A stretch of DNA of 64,000 nt from an uncultured bacterium (GCA_902802945.1 CADCOC010000030.1:2533-66532); one strand, 5' to 3'. Counted from the first letter of the stretch, positions 34,439 to 45,119 are shown. Numbers and translations are program-made. The notes: generated from the letters alone by a model not told the origin.

Positions 34439-36780
34439 TCTTTTAGCGCCTCCACCTCCCGCAGGACCTTGCGGAAGTTCTCCGCCGTGCGCGGAAGCGT
34501 GGGCTTGAGCGATTCCAGCGGCTTCGCCTTGAGCGCTAGGCGCTCCTTTTCGGCTCCTTCGGAGAACGCCGCCATCCGGTCTCCCGCCGCCACGGCCTTC
34601 GCGAGGCGCTCGGTCATTTTCCGCACGTGCGGCGCGTACCAGTGGCGCGCCAGCTCGTACTGGTGGCTGCGGCAGTAGGGGCACGAAGCGTTCTCGAAGA
34701 GCGTCTTGGAGAACTCTGGATTGCGAATCTTCTCGATGGCATCTATGCGCTGATACGTCTCCCAGAGGGAGTAGTCGGAGTGAAGCGCGAGAAGATCGGC
34801 CATTTTTTCGTTCAGCGCCAAGATTTTCTTTGCCTGGGCAACGAGATTTCCATCCCCATTTTTACACTTTACACTTTCAACTTTACACTTCCCAGTGCGC
34901 CACGCGGCGATATCGCGGCAGAGCTCCATCGTGCGAAGCGCAATCACGCGGTCGAGGACCATGCGCGCGATGTCGATGGCGTCGCGGCGGACGAACTCGT
35001 CATCCCACGGCGCGTGAACGAGCAGACCGAACACGGCTTCGGCTTCCTTCACCGGCCCCGACCATTTCTTGATGGTGCCAGGCGCCGCACCCGCATCAAA
35101 CCCGAGGCCTACCATGTACCGTGCATAGTTGCTACCCCAGCCACGCAGCCACGACGCGGGAAGCGCGGCCTTCCACGCCTTCTTCATCAACTCGGCGTTC
35201 GCGCCGTAACGACTCGTGCAGAACTCGTCCAGCACGTCGCCGTGCGGGATCGGCTTGTCGGACCAGGCGTTCGCGGTGAAGTAGCGGAGGGCGAGTGCGT
35301 CCGTGTGGCTCGACTCTGGCCACAGGATGTAGCCCTTGCAGAACGGGTCGTTCTGCACCACCTTCTGCCGAGCCTCAATGAGCGGATAGTTGGCGCGGGC
35401 GTCGAGGGCGTTCTCGTAGGCGAGGAACATGGAGTAGGTGTACGGGAACTTTCCGACGAGTCCCCAGTTCGTGAAGTTGTTCTTGTGCCCAAGCGGCGTC
35501 ACGTCACCCTCGTAGTCCCAGATGATGTCGCGCGTCGGGTCGAGGCGCGGCAGGAGGGCCTTCACCTCGTTCGGTCTCCACGTGCTGTAGAAGTCCCAGC
35601 CCGCGATCAGCACCTTCGCGTCGGGATAGTCCGTGTGCGCCTTGGCGAGGAACTTGTCGAGCGCGAGGATCTTCATGTCGAAGTTCTGCTTCCTGTCCTT
35701 GTAGCACATCCGCTCGCCAAGGCCGATCGTGTGGAGAAGCTGCGGCTTCGGCGCGCCCTGGCCGTAGGTCTCCACGGCGGTCTTCGTCATCTTCCAGTAC
35801 TCATCGACCCACTTGTCGTCGCGGATGTTCCACACCTGCGAGTTGGGTACGTGGTAGTTCGCGCCCTTGTTCGCGAGCGGGATGAACTCCGGCTTCTTCT
35901 TCGCGAGGAAGTCCTCCGGCGTGCGCGAATACCAGTGCGTCATCGTGCCGAAGTCCTCGGGCACCATCAACCCGCGCGTAAAGGCGTACTTCTGGAGGTT
36001 GTCGCGGAGCTTGCCGCGGTACTGGAGACTCCAGAAGAGCGTGCGGTCGTCATGGCTGTGCCCAACACCGGGGAGCGGCTTGGCGGGATCGGGATAGGCG
36101 CAGACATCGGGGAACGTCCGCTGGAAGAGGTCGTCCTGTCCGATGCGGAGCATGAACGTATTGAGGCGGCGCTTGAGGAGCCAGTCGATCTCCTTCTTCC
36201 AGTCGTCGAGTCCCCAGTGCTCCGCCTGGAAGCGCGTGAGGCCGCGGTGCGCGAAGTAGCGGATGGCGCGGTACTCGAAGTGCGCCTCCTCGTGGACGTC
36301 GAGGTTGGAGAGATCAATCGAGTCGCGCTTCGGCACCACGTCGCCGTCCCAGAACCAGTGGCAGCCGCCGCGCCGTTCGAGGAGGTCATAGAGGCCGTAC
36401 CAGACGCTGCGCAGGTTGGCGCCGGTGATGGTGAGGGGGGCGGGCGAGGACGCCCGCCCCGAATTTGCGGGCACGGAGGCCCGCCACCCCGATGGAGCGG
36501 GCTGAGACACCCGCCACCCCGATGGAGCGGGCTGAGACACCCGCCACCCCGATGGTGGGACACCCGATATGAGGGTATAGGCATCCCGGCCGCTTTTGGA
36601 AATCTTGGGGTCTATGGCGAATTTTACGATCCCCTCTGGAACCTCCTTACCGGTGATCTGCCGGTAGTACTTCGCGAACTCCGCACGCGGCAACGCGAAC
36701 TCATCGGCGGCGAACGCCGCCCAAAAGCATAACGCCAACGCGATGGATATCGCTCTTTTCATTGTGTAGGTAATCTTCAT
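34435..36780 (-). CDS. Secreted glycoside hydrolase, alpha-N-acetylglucosaminidase (GH89)-like architecture
   Basis: 781 aa with a signal peptide. The segment WGLDDWKKEIDWLLKRRLNTFML and the helical C-terminal domain resemble NAGLU as I remember it. The assignment is tentative. The gene carries two in-frame repeat insertions. Confidence 0.5.
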   Translation of the reverse strand: MKITYTMKRAISIALALCFWAAFAADEFALPRAEFAKYYRQITGKEVPEGIVKFAIDPKISKSGRDAYTLISGVPPSGWRVSQPAPSGWRVSQPAPSGWRASVPANSGRASSPAPLTITGANLRSVWYGLYDLLERRGGCHWFWDGDVVPKRDSIDLSNLDVHEEAHFEYRAIRYFAHRGLTRFQAEHWGLDDWKKEIDWLLKRRLNTFMLRIGQDDLFQRTFPDVCAYPDPAKPLPGVGHSHDDRTLFWSLQYRGKLRDNLQKYAFTRGLMVPEDFGTMTHWYSRTPEDFLAKKKPEFIPLANKGANYHVPNSQVWNIRDDKWVDEYWKMTKTAVETYGQGAPKPQLLHTIGLGERMCYKDRKQNFDMKILALDKFLAKAHTDYPDAKVLIAGWDFYSTWRPNEVKALLPRLDPTRDIIWDYEGDVTPLGHKNNFTNWGLVGKFPYTYSMFLAYENALDARANYPLIEARQKVVQNDPFCKGYILWPESSHTDALALRYFTANAWSDKPIPHGDVLDEFCTSRYGANAELMKKAWKAALPASWLRGWGSNYARYMVGLGFDAGAAPGTIKKWSGPVKEAEAVFGLLVHAPWDDEFVRRDAIDIARMVLDRVIALRTMELCRDIAAWRTGKCKVESVKCKNGDGNLVAQAKKILALNEKMADLLALHSDYSLWETYQRIDAIEKIRNPEFSKTLFENASCPYCRSHQYELARHWYAPHVRKMTERLAKAVAAGDRMAAFSEGAEKERLALKAKPLESLKPTLPRTAENFRKVLREVEALKD
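34861..34888. repeat. TTTACAC heptad array inside the GH89-like CDS
   Basis: tttacac tttacac tttcaac tttacac. It is read on the minus strand as KCKVESVKCK. Confidence 0.8.
36437..36555. repeat. Perfect 10-bp-stem hairpin plus a 30-bp tandem repeat (about 2.5 units) inside the GH89-like CDS
   Basis: The hairpin is ggggcgggcg-agga-cgcccgcccc (36437-36460). The units ccgccaccccgatggagcgggctgagacac lie at 36481 and 36511, with a partial unit at 36541. They encode SGWRVSQPAP repeats. Confidence 0.85.
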
Positions 36781-36786
36781 TTCCCG

Positions 36787-38391
36787 TTATTTGCGCTTTG
36801 CGAGCATTTCGTGGTAGTCGGAATAGCCGCCCTCGAACCAAGTGGTCTTGCCGTTGGGCTCAAACGCAAGGATGTGTGTGGCGATACGGTCGAGGAACCA
36901 GCGGTCGTGGCTCACCACCATCACGCAGCCGCCAAAGTCCTGCAATCCCTCTTCAAGCGAGCGCAGCGTCGCCACGTCGAGGTCGTTCGTCGGTTCGTCG
37001 AGGAGCAAGAGGTTGCCGCCTGCGGTGAGTAGCTTCGCGAGATGTACGCGGTTGCGCTCGCCGCCGGATAGCACGCCCACCTTCTTCTGCTGCTCAGACC
37101 CGCGGAAGTTGAAGCGGCTGCAATAGGCTCGGCCGTTCATCATCGTGGTGCCAGCGAGCCGCACGAACTCGCCGCCGCCCGTAATCGCCTCGTACACGGT
37201 CTGGTCCGGCTGCAGCTCGGCGCGCGTCTGGTCCACGTAGCTGAGCTTCACGGTCTCGCCCACAGTGAGCGTGCCCGAGAGCGGCTTCAATTCGCCCGTG
37301 ATGAGTTTGAAGAGCGTGGTCTTGCCGGCACCGTTCGCGCCGATCACGCCCACGATGCCGCCGCGCGGCAGGTTGAAGCTGAGGTCGTTGTAGAGCATGC
37401 GTCCGTCGAAGCCCATCGCCACGTGCTCCGCACGCACCACGAGGTCGCCGAGACGCGGCCCCGCCGGGATGCGGATCACGAGGTCGTCCTCGCGCGTAGA
37501 GATTTCCTGCTTCTGCAACTCCTCGTAACGCTTCACACGTGCCTGCGCCTTCGCGTGGCGTCCGGACGGATTCGTCTGGATCCATTTCAACTCGTTCTCG
37601 ATGAGCTTCTGGCGGCTCTTCTCCGCCTTCGCCTCCCGGGCGAGCATCGCCTCCTTCTGCTTCAGCCACTCCTCGTAGTTGCCCTTGTAGGGATAGCAGA
37701 TGCCGTGGTCAAGTTCGAGAATCCAATCGGTCACGTCACTCAAGAAGTAGCGGTCGTGCGTGACGACGATGAGCGTGCCCTTGAACTCCTTCAGGTACGC
37801 CTCAAGACGGAATGTCGTCTCGGCATCGAGGTGGTTCGTTGGCTCGTCGAGGAGCAGCACGTCCGGCTCCTGCAGGAGCAAGCGCGCAATCGCCACGCGG
37901 CGGCGTTCGCCGCCGGAGAGCACGGACACCTTCTGTTCCGCCGGCGGACACCCCATGTCCACCATCGCCATCTCCACCTTGTGTTCTACGTTCCAGAGGT
38001 CCTTCGCGTCAATGATCGCCTGGAGACGCTCCATCTCGGCAGCGGCCTTCGGGTCGTCGAGGTTGCAGCAGAGGTCCTCGTAGCGTTCCACCATCGCCTT
38101 CGCCTCCGCGACGCCCTCCTCCACGACTTCGCCCACGGTCTTGGAATCATCTAGCTCTGGCTCCTGCGGGAGATACCCCACCTTCGTGCCCTTCGCCACT
38201 TGGCAGGTGCCGAGGATGTCAGTGTCTATGCCAGCAAGGATCTTCAGCAACGACGACTTGCCGGCACCATTGCCGCCGATCACGCCGATGTGCGCACCGT
38301 AGAAAAAGCTCAGGCACACGTCCTTCAGGATCGTCTTGGTACCGACCTGCTTCGTCACGTCGATCAATGAAAACTGGTACTCTCCAGCCAT
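36787..38391 (-). CDS. ettA: ABC-F ATPase, energy-dependent translational throttle EttA
   Basis: 534 aa, collinear with E. coli EttA as remembered. It has two Walker A motifs (GGNGAGKSS, GANGAGKTT), LSGGERRRVAIARLLL, and HDRYFL / HDRWFLDRIATHIL. Confidence 0.85.
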   Translation of the reverse strand: MAGEYQFSLIDVTKQVGTKTILKDVCLSFFYGAHIGVIGGNGAGKSSLLKILAGIDTDILGTCQVAKGTKVGYLPQEPELDDSKTVGEVVEEGVAEAKAMVERYEDLCCNLDDPKAAAEMERLQAIIDAKDLWNVEHKVEMAMVDMGCPPAEQKVSVLSGGERRRVAIARLLLQEPDVLLLDEPTNHLDAETTFRLEAYLKEFKGTLIVVTHDRYFLSDVTDWILELDHGICYPYKGNYEEWLKQKEAMLAREAKAEKSRQKLIENELKWIQTNPSGRHAKAQARVKRYEELQKQEISTREDDLVIRIPAGPRLGDLVVRAEHVAMGFDGRMLYNDLSFNLPRGGIVGVIGANGAGKTTLFKLITGELKPLSGTLTVGETVKLSYVDQTRAELQPDQTVYEAITGGGEFVRLAGTTMMNGRAYCSRFNFRGSEQQKKVGVLSGGERNRVHLAKLLTAGGNLLLLDEPTNDLDVATLRSLEEGLQDFGGCVMVVSHDRWFLDRIATHILAFEPNGKTTWFEGGYSDYHEMLAKRK

Positions 38392-38492
38392 GTAAATATC
38401 TCCTCTATTTTGAAGTTGGTATTAGTATGCCAAATCCGCGCCCCAGGCGCAAGATGGAAAACACATGAACTGCGACCGCACGAGAGAGCCGA

Positions 38493-41400
38493 CTACTGGA
38501 TTGCCACAGGCCAACTGCCGACACCCTTGACGGTGGCCTTACCATACCCCTGCCGACCCACCATCACGCCACTCACCTTCGCCGTAAGCTTCTTCAGGCG
38601 TCCGGAGCCGCCAAGCGCGTACAGCTTGAAGCTACCCTTGAACGCACCCGTCTTCGCGACATACGTCAATTTCAACCCCGCCGCGTTCGACGAATCCTTC
38701 GCGTCCACGTACTCACCGCTCTCGCGGTCGAGCTTCACGCTCCCGGCTACTGGCAGTCCCCACCGTGCACCGACCGTGACAGCCACCTCCCACGGTACGA
38801 AATCGTACAACACCTCCGCGTCGGCGATTTCCGGCTCGCCCATGAAGAGGAACGAGAGCGAGGACGGCAGTGCGCCGCCCGCGCGCGCCACCGGCACGTT
38901 CTCACCGAACCATGCCCGGAACGGCGTCTTCGAGGCCGCCGCGTCCCATTCGCCCAGCTCTCCGACCTCGATCTCGCCATCGTCTTGCAACCACAGATTG
39001 AACCCGAAGCCGCCCTTCTTCGAGTAGAGCGGCACCACGACGGGGATGCAACAGCGCTTCTCGCCCACCAGCAGCTGGGAGGCCACATTCACCTTCGCGC
39101 CGTCCGCCATCGTTCCCGTCACCTTCACCTTGCCCTTCGCGCCGACGGTCAACGTCAGCCCGCTGTAGCCCCACGCAAACGCACTCCCGGCGCCCTCCGC
39201 GTCCACTGTCTCCAACACGAGGGTGTACGTGCCCTGCCACGCCTTGAGCGCCGCCGCCTTCGGGTCGCCCGCCTTCGCGAACACGTTGCGCGAGCCGCTG
39301 ACGGACAACCCGTCGACCTCGCCCCACATCGCGTTCGTGCCGAAGCAGAGTGAAAGGTTCCCCTTGCCGTTGCACGTCAACTCCGCGATGCCGCGCTTTG
39401 ACATCGTGCCCTTGTACGACCGTTTCTTCGGATCGCCGAGAAGCGTCAGCGCCGCCGTCACCTTGGCCGTCTCGGTCTTCTTGTTGGCCTTGCCGACCTT
39501 CACCCGCACGATGCCGCAGACCTCCTCGCCGTCGAGCACGTATCCATCGAAGGTCGCGGCGACCTCCGCCGCGAACGGCTCCTCGTCGCCGTCGTAGTAA
39601 CGCGTCCAGTCGATCTCCTCGCCGTCCTCGTCGTACCACACGGGCGTCGGATAGAGGGGTTGCTCCGTCCAGTGCGCATAGAACGTGACTGTATCCGTGA
39701 CGACGGTCGCGGAGGAAACCTCCGTCCCGCCGCTCGCCGCGGTGAACCAGCCATCAAACGAGAACCCGTCCCGCGTCGGCACGGGCAGCTCGCCCACCGC
39801 GCAGCCGTTCGTCACAACGGTGGGGCGAGTCGTCCCCAACGAGCCGCCCTGCGCGTCGAAGGTAACGGTAAAAAGTCTCGCAGTCTCAGCGTCGACATAC
39901 GTGATCGCCAGGTCCAGCGGACATCCCTCGAACACGTTCCCCGCAAGCTTGCCTTCGAAACGCCGAGGCAAGGTAGCCGTCCTGAGCGACCTGCAGCCGG
40001 CGAACGCACCCGCCCCGATGCTCGTCACGCCATCGGATATCGTCACGCTCTCGAGTTTCAGGCAACCGGAAAACGCAGAAGCGCCGACATGCCTGATGTC
40101 GGCCCCGACCGTCAGGTTCTTGACGTCAAGCCCTTCAAGCGCACGGTCCACGATACCGCGGATGCCGGACAAATCCAAGTTGATATAAATGGAGCCTTTC
40201 GCATAGCCTGCCGCCCAACCGTCGACGAGCCTGAGTCCCCTGACAGTCGTCGTATCAAAAAGGGAAGCGCTGCAACCGGAGAATGCTGAATCCCCGATGC
40301 TCGTCACCGCGTCGGGGATCGTCACGCTCGCCAAGCCGCTGCAACCGGAGAACGCATAAGATCCGATGCTCGTCACCGAATCAGGAATCGTCACGCTCGC
40401 CAAGCCGCTGCAACCGGAGAACGCATAAGACCAGATGCTCGTCACCGAATCAGGAATTGTCACGTTACCGTTCACCCCTCGTATAAGATTCTTGCCATCT
40501 TTCGAGAGTAGTAGCCCATTGACCGACTTGTAGTTGGCATTTCCAGCCCCAACTGATATGGTTGTCAACCCGATGCAACCGGAGAACGCATAACTGCCGA
40601 TGTTCGTCACGCTGTCCGGTATCGTCACGTTCGCTAGCCCGCTGCAACCGTAGAACGCAGAAGACCCGATGCTCGTCACGCCGTCCGGGATAGTCACGCT
40701 CCTAAGACCGCTGCAACCGGAGAACGCAGAAGGCCCGATGCTCGTCACGCCGTCAACCACGACAACATTTGTTATTGTAGCATAGGAACCCGAGAAAACA
40801 CTTGATAAACGAGATGAGCAAACGATCTGGGGAATCGTCACGCTCGTCAGCCCCTTGCAACCGAAGAACGCCCAATCCCCGACACTCGTCACGCTGTCCG
40901 GTATCGTCACGCTCGCCAACCCGCTGCAACCGTGGAACGCAGAAACCCCGATGCTCGTCACGCCATCAACCACGACAACATTTGTTATTGTCGTATAGGA
41001 ATCCGAGAAAACACTTGACAAACGAGATGAGCAAACGACCTGGGGGATCGTCATGCTCGCCAGACCGCTGCAACCAGAGAACGCATAATCGCCGATGCTC
41101 GTCACGCTGTCTGGGATCGTCATGCTCGCCAGACCACTGCAACCAGAGAACGCATACCTGCCGATGCTAGTCACGCTGCCTGGGATCGTCACGCTCTCCA
41201 GACCGCTACAACGGTAGAACGCTTCATCCCCGATGCTCGTCACGCCGTCCGGGATAGTCACGCTCTTCAGACCGCTGCAACCGGAGAACGCATAACTGCC
41301 GATGTTCGTCACCGAGCCCGGTATCGTCACGCTCGTCAGCCCGCTGCAACCGGAGAACGCATAACTGCCGATATTCGTCACCGAGTCTGGGAGCGTCACG

Positions 41401-42190
41401 CTCGTCAAACCGCTGCAACCGGAGAACGCAGAAGGCCCGATGCTCGTCACGCCGTCCGGGATAGTCACGCTCTTCAGGCCGCTGCAACCGGAGAATGCAG
41501 AAGGCCCGATGCCGCGTATACCCGTCAGGTTCAAGTCGCCCGAAAGCGAACCCGTATTTCCAACCGCCCAGCCATCCACCAGCTTTATGCCGGGGATCGT
41601 CGTCATATCGAAAAGCGAATCGCTGCAACCGGAGAACGCAGAAGACCCGATGTTCGTAACACTGTCCGGGATCGTCACGCTCGCCAGCCCGCTGCAACGG
41701 GAGAACGCAGATTCCCCGATGCTCGTAACGCCATCCGGGATCGTCACGCTCGTAAGCCCGCTGCAACCAGAGAACGCATAACTGCCGATGCTCGTAACGC
41801 CATCCGGGATCGTCACGCTCGTAAGCCCGCTGCAACCAGAGAACGCATAACTGCCAATGTTCGTCACGCTGTCCGGGATCGTCACGCTCGCTAGCCCGCT
41901 GCAACCGGAGAACGCATAACTGCCGATGTTCGACGATACCCGATGCCCGTCACAGGCTTGCCGCCGAGCGTGGCAGGAATCGTCACGGCACCTCTGGGCG
42001 ATGGCGAGATAAAAGTAGAAGAAATCTCAAAATGCACCTCTTCATAAATATCATATCCGCAATAAATCACCGCCGTGTCGCCGTCGATCTGATACGGCCA
42101 TGTGTAGCCGCCGACAGTTTCCGTTTCGGCCCGCGCGCTACACGTCGCGGCAACAGCCGCCGCCAGCATCACCATCAGTTTACGTATCAT
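38493..42190 (-). pseudogene. BspA-like leucine-rich-repeat (LRR_5) surface protein with a Listeria-Bacteroides repeat. The reading frame is broken near 41937, by a true frameshift or an assembly error.
   Basis: The 99-aa ORF (41891-42190) supplies the signal peptide and first LRR strand (AVTIPATLGGKPVTGIG). The 1130-aa ORF frame stays open upstream of its GTG and reads SSNIGSYAFSGCSGLASVTIPD. Joining the two needs a 1-nt correction. More than 25 units match IPDSVTSIGSYAFSGCSGLTSVT, followed by FTVTFDAQGG...DGWFT. Confidence 0.65.
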
Positions 42191-42262
42191 GTCGTGTCTG
42201 TCCTTCTGCCGTTTGTTGCCCGATGCGGCCCGTCCCGACGGCCGTCCGACGGCAAGCGGTAT

Positions 42263-42967
42263 TTACTTCCCCGAAGTGAGGAATGCCGTGGCATCGGCCA
42301 CCGCGCGGTCCGTGAGCGCCGTCAGGCACCAGCTCTGCATGTAGTTGTAGGTGTTGCGCGTGTAGCCTGCGAGTCCGATGAAGAAGAGCGGACTCCACAC
42401 GACGTTATCGTACTTCTGCGCGTAGTCGCGCGTGAACGCCACACGGCCGGTCTTGTTGTCATAGATGCGCAGCTTGGCCGTCCACGTCTGGACGGAGTAC
42501 TCGGCAGAGAGCACGGAACAGAGCATCCACACCCACTCCAGACTCCGCTCGTCGTCCGTGATGAACGGTCCACCGAACGTCACGTCCACGTTGTAGTCCG
42601 TCGGCCCCGTGCGAAGCAGGAAGCCGCTGTCCTCGAACAGGTTGCGCGCCCGCGTGTGGAAGACTTCCGTTTTTTCGATCTTCGGGATAAGCGTCTCGGT
42701 GGTGGCCGTCTCGTAGTGGCCGGGATACCAGCCACGGCGTCCGCGCCTCCCCCATACCGGGCCGCCCTCGACGTAGTAGGTCTGGTGTCCGTAGATCGGG
42801 ATGTATTCCGTGATGGTGGCGGCAAAGCCGCTCAGCGTGATCGTGATGTTCTTACCTTTGGGCACGGCCGACATCTGCACCTGCACTGGTTCTGTCTCGT
42901 GCCAGGTGAAGCACCCGCACATCGCGAGCGCGCACGCGCACGCAAACATCACTTGAATCTTCTTCAT
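42263..42967 (-). CDS. Hypothetical lipoprotein
   Basis: The signal sequence MKKIQVMFACACALAMCGC is lipobox-like. No recognisable domain was found. Confidence 0.55.
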   Translation of the reverse strand: MKKIQVMFACACALAMCGCFTWHETEPVQVQMSAVPKGKNITITLSGFAATITEYIPIYGHQTYYVEGGPVWGRRGRRGWYPGHYETATTETLIPKIEKTEVFHTRARNLFEDSGFLLRTGPTDYNVDVTFGGPFITDDERSLEWVWMLCSVLSAEYSVQTWTAKLRIYDNKTGRVAFTRDYAQKYDNVVWSPLFFIGLAGYTRNTYNYMQSWCLTALTDRAVADATAFLTSGK

Positions 42968-42968
42968 G

Positions 42969-43685
42969 TCATTTTACTCCTGTTTGCTTGATTTGACGGT
43001 CGATGAGGCGCACCTCGTTGGTTGCACCTATCTTCAGATAGGCGGCACGACACGCCGAAACTGACAAGTCGGGAAACGCCCGCCCTTCCCGCGCGACCTC
43101 CACGGCGTCTTCGCCGTCCTCCTCGAGGAACGTGCGTTCCACCGCGCTCCAGACATCGAGCGGATCGCTCGCCTGCGCCGCGCGCAGAGTCTTTGAGGCC
43201 GCCGGGAATTTCTTCTCCTGCCGCAGCGCGTACGCCTGCGCCACAAGCCTCTTCGCCTCTGCAAGGGGCACAGCCGCCGCCGCCGCATCCGCAGCCCGTG
43301 CGACCACTCGCACTCGCGCGTTCGTGGCGCACATGTTCGTAACTGCGCACGGACTCGATTCAAACGGCCACAGACGTCCATCCAGCGCGAAGGAACCACC
43401 CCGCTCGCGGCTTATGCCGAGACGCCACGGAGTGCCGTTCGTCGGCACCGTCCCGCCGATCCACACGTCGTGTACGCGCGAACGCCGTCTGCGCACGATG
43501 CGCCAGTCCACGTTCGTGCATACGGCGGCAATAGACTCGGCAGTCGGCCCGCGCGGCGTCCATGTGGCCTCGAACACGCCCGCAAGCGCCGGCTCCACAA
43601 CGTCGCGGCAGTAATCCGCCATGTCATCCGCGTACGCGATGACTGCACACGACATTACCAAAAACAATAACTTCATCTTTTCCAT
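42969..43685 (-). CDS. Hypothetical secreted protein
   Basis: I prefer ATG 43685 (MEKMKLLFLVMSCAVIAYA), because the longer track ORF overlaps rsmB. Confidence 0.5.
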   Translation of the reverse strand: MEKMKLLFLVMSCAVIAYADDMADYCRDVVEPALAGVFEATWTPRGPTAESIAAVCTNVDWRIVRRRRSRVHDVWIGGTVPTNGTPWRLGISRERGGSFALDGRLWPFESSPCAVTNMCATNARVRVVARAADAAAAAVPLAEAKRLVAQAYALRQEKKFPAASKTLRAAQASDPLDVWSAVERTFLEEDGEDAVEVAREGRAFPDLSVSACRAAYLKIGATNEVRLIDRQIKQTGVK

Positions 43686-43693
43686 GGCGCGAA

Positions 43694-44959
43694 TTATACC
43701 AAATTTTCCCGCCCCTGTGCGGCAGTATTCGCGGAGCACGAGCCGGTGCGGTCGCGACACGCGCACCCCTCCCGCACGAGGGCACAGGCGAAGGCGCCGT
43801 CGTGGTCCGTCTCGAACGGCACGGATTCATAGCGACCAACTTCTTTGAAATCGGGATGGGCGGCGAGGAATGCCGCGATTTGTTCCGCGTTTTCCTCGGG
43901 CTCGTTTGAACAGGTGGAGTATACGAGGCGTCCGCCCGGCTTCACGTGCGCCGCAGCCGCCTCAAGGATTTCCTTCTGGAGCGCAACGAGCTGCGCGAGG
44001 TGGTCCGCGTTCCAGCGCCAACGGGCGTCGGGACGCCGACGGATCACGCCCGTATTCGAACAAGGGGCGTCCACGAGCACGCGGTCGAAGAGCGCGCCGT
44101 CCTCCACCTTCTGCACGGCCGTGACGTTGTCGAGCTTCATCCGAGCTAGGTTTTCCTTGAGGCGTGCGAGGCGTTTCGGGTTTACCTCCTGGGCCACGAT
44201 TAGGTCGCGACAAGCGCGACCCTCCCCCATGCGCCACGCGATTTGCACGGTCTTGCCGCCCGGTGCCGCGCAAAAATCAAGCACGGACAACCCCTCTACT
44301 GGGACAACGGGCATCTTGCCCGTTGAAACATCGAGGAGCTCCACGGCGCCCGCCGTGGCGGGGTCCTGCACGATGAACGCGCCCTCCTCAAAACCAGGCT
44401 GGTCTGCCACCCGTTCGCCGCGCGGCAGCTTCTCGAACGAACCCGGACGCGCGATCCACGTCTCGGCCGGCGTGTTGTGCCAGCGCGCGAGCTTCTCCGC
44501 ACCCTCCGCGCCGTAGCGCGCCGTCCAGCGCGCGACAAGCGCGTTAGGATACGACTCGCGTTCTGCGAGCGGCGCGGCGGCGAGCTTCGCCTCGAACTCG
44601 GCGCGCCGGCGGAGGAGGTTGCGCAACACTCCGTTCACCACGCGGTCGAGACGCTTGGAGCGGTCGCCCATCTTCGCGGCGGCGACGGTCTCGTTCACGG
44701 CGGCGAAGTCCGGCACGTCCGGCATGTAGAGGATCTGCGCCGCGCCCACGAGCACGAGCGCCTCGAGCTCGCCCTTCGGCCACGTCTTCATCAGTTCGCC
44801 CAACACGGCGCGGAGCGGACGGAACCGGCGCACCGTGGTGTAGACGACGTCCTGCACGAACGCGCGGTCTGAGCCGCCCTTCGGCAGCAGCTCGTTCGGG
44901 AACTCATGCGTCGCGAGCCAGCGGGCGACGATGAAGGCGGCTGTGCGGCGGCTGTTCAC
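43694..44959 (-). CDS. rsmB: 16S rRNA (cytosine-C5)-methyltransferase RsmB/Sun
   Basis: It has a NusB-like N-terminus, a SAM site (DFCAAPGGKT) and the catalytic motifs DAPCSNTGVIRRRPD and LVYSTCS. Confidence 0.8.
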   Translation of the reverse strand: MNSRRTAAFIVARWLATHEFPNELLPKGGSDRAFVQDVVYTTVRRFRPLRAVLGELMKTWPKGELEALVLVGAAQILYMPDVPDFAAVNETVAAAKMGDRSKRLDRVVNGVLRNLLRRRAEFEAKLAAAPLAERESYPNALVARWTARYGAEGAEKLARWHNTPAETWIARPGSFEKLPRGERVADQPGFEEGAFIVQDPATAGAVELLDVSTGKMPVVPVEGLSVLDFCAAPGGKTVQIAWRMGEGRACRDLIVAQEVNPKRLARLKENLARMKLDNVTAVQKVEDGALFDRVLVDAPCSNTGVIRRRPDARWRWNADHLAQLVALQKEILEAAAAHVKPGGRLVYSTCSNEPEENAEQIAAFLAAHPDFKEVGRYESVPFETDHDGAFACALVREGCACRDRTGSCSANTAAQGRENLV

Positions 44960-45119
44960 GAGGGGACGATCTCCTCCGTGTCAGCGGGCGCATTGGATGC
45001 CCAATCTGTGGATATGGCGTGCATGTTTTCTATCTCGTTAGCCGAAACGCCACTATTTTACCATATTTACGGCTGGGTTGCCGTCCTTTTCTCGCCGACA
45101 TTACAATTTGGTCACGTAC

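Noticed and set aside
34627-36732. 701-aa plus-strand ORF. Similar long antisense ORFs occur at 23969-25432, 57381-59057, 42032-42991 and 28303-29232.
   Set aside because: All mirror well-supported minus-strand genes (GH89-like, rfbH, GH78, lipoprotein, dapB). Their compositions are low-complexity and Arg-rich, and they have no ribosome-binding sites.
38445-38460. Small hairpin (gcgcc-cca-ggcgc) after the LRR gene, considered as a terminator
   Set aside because: The stem is only 5 bp and there is no convincing U-tract on the transcribed strand. It is too weak to call.
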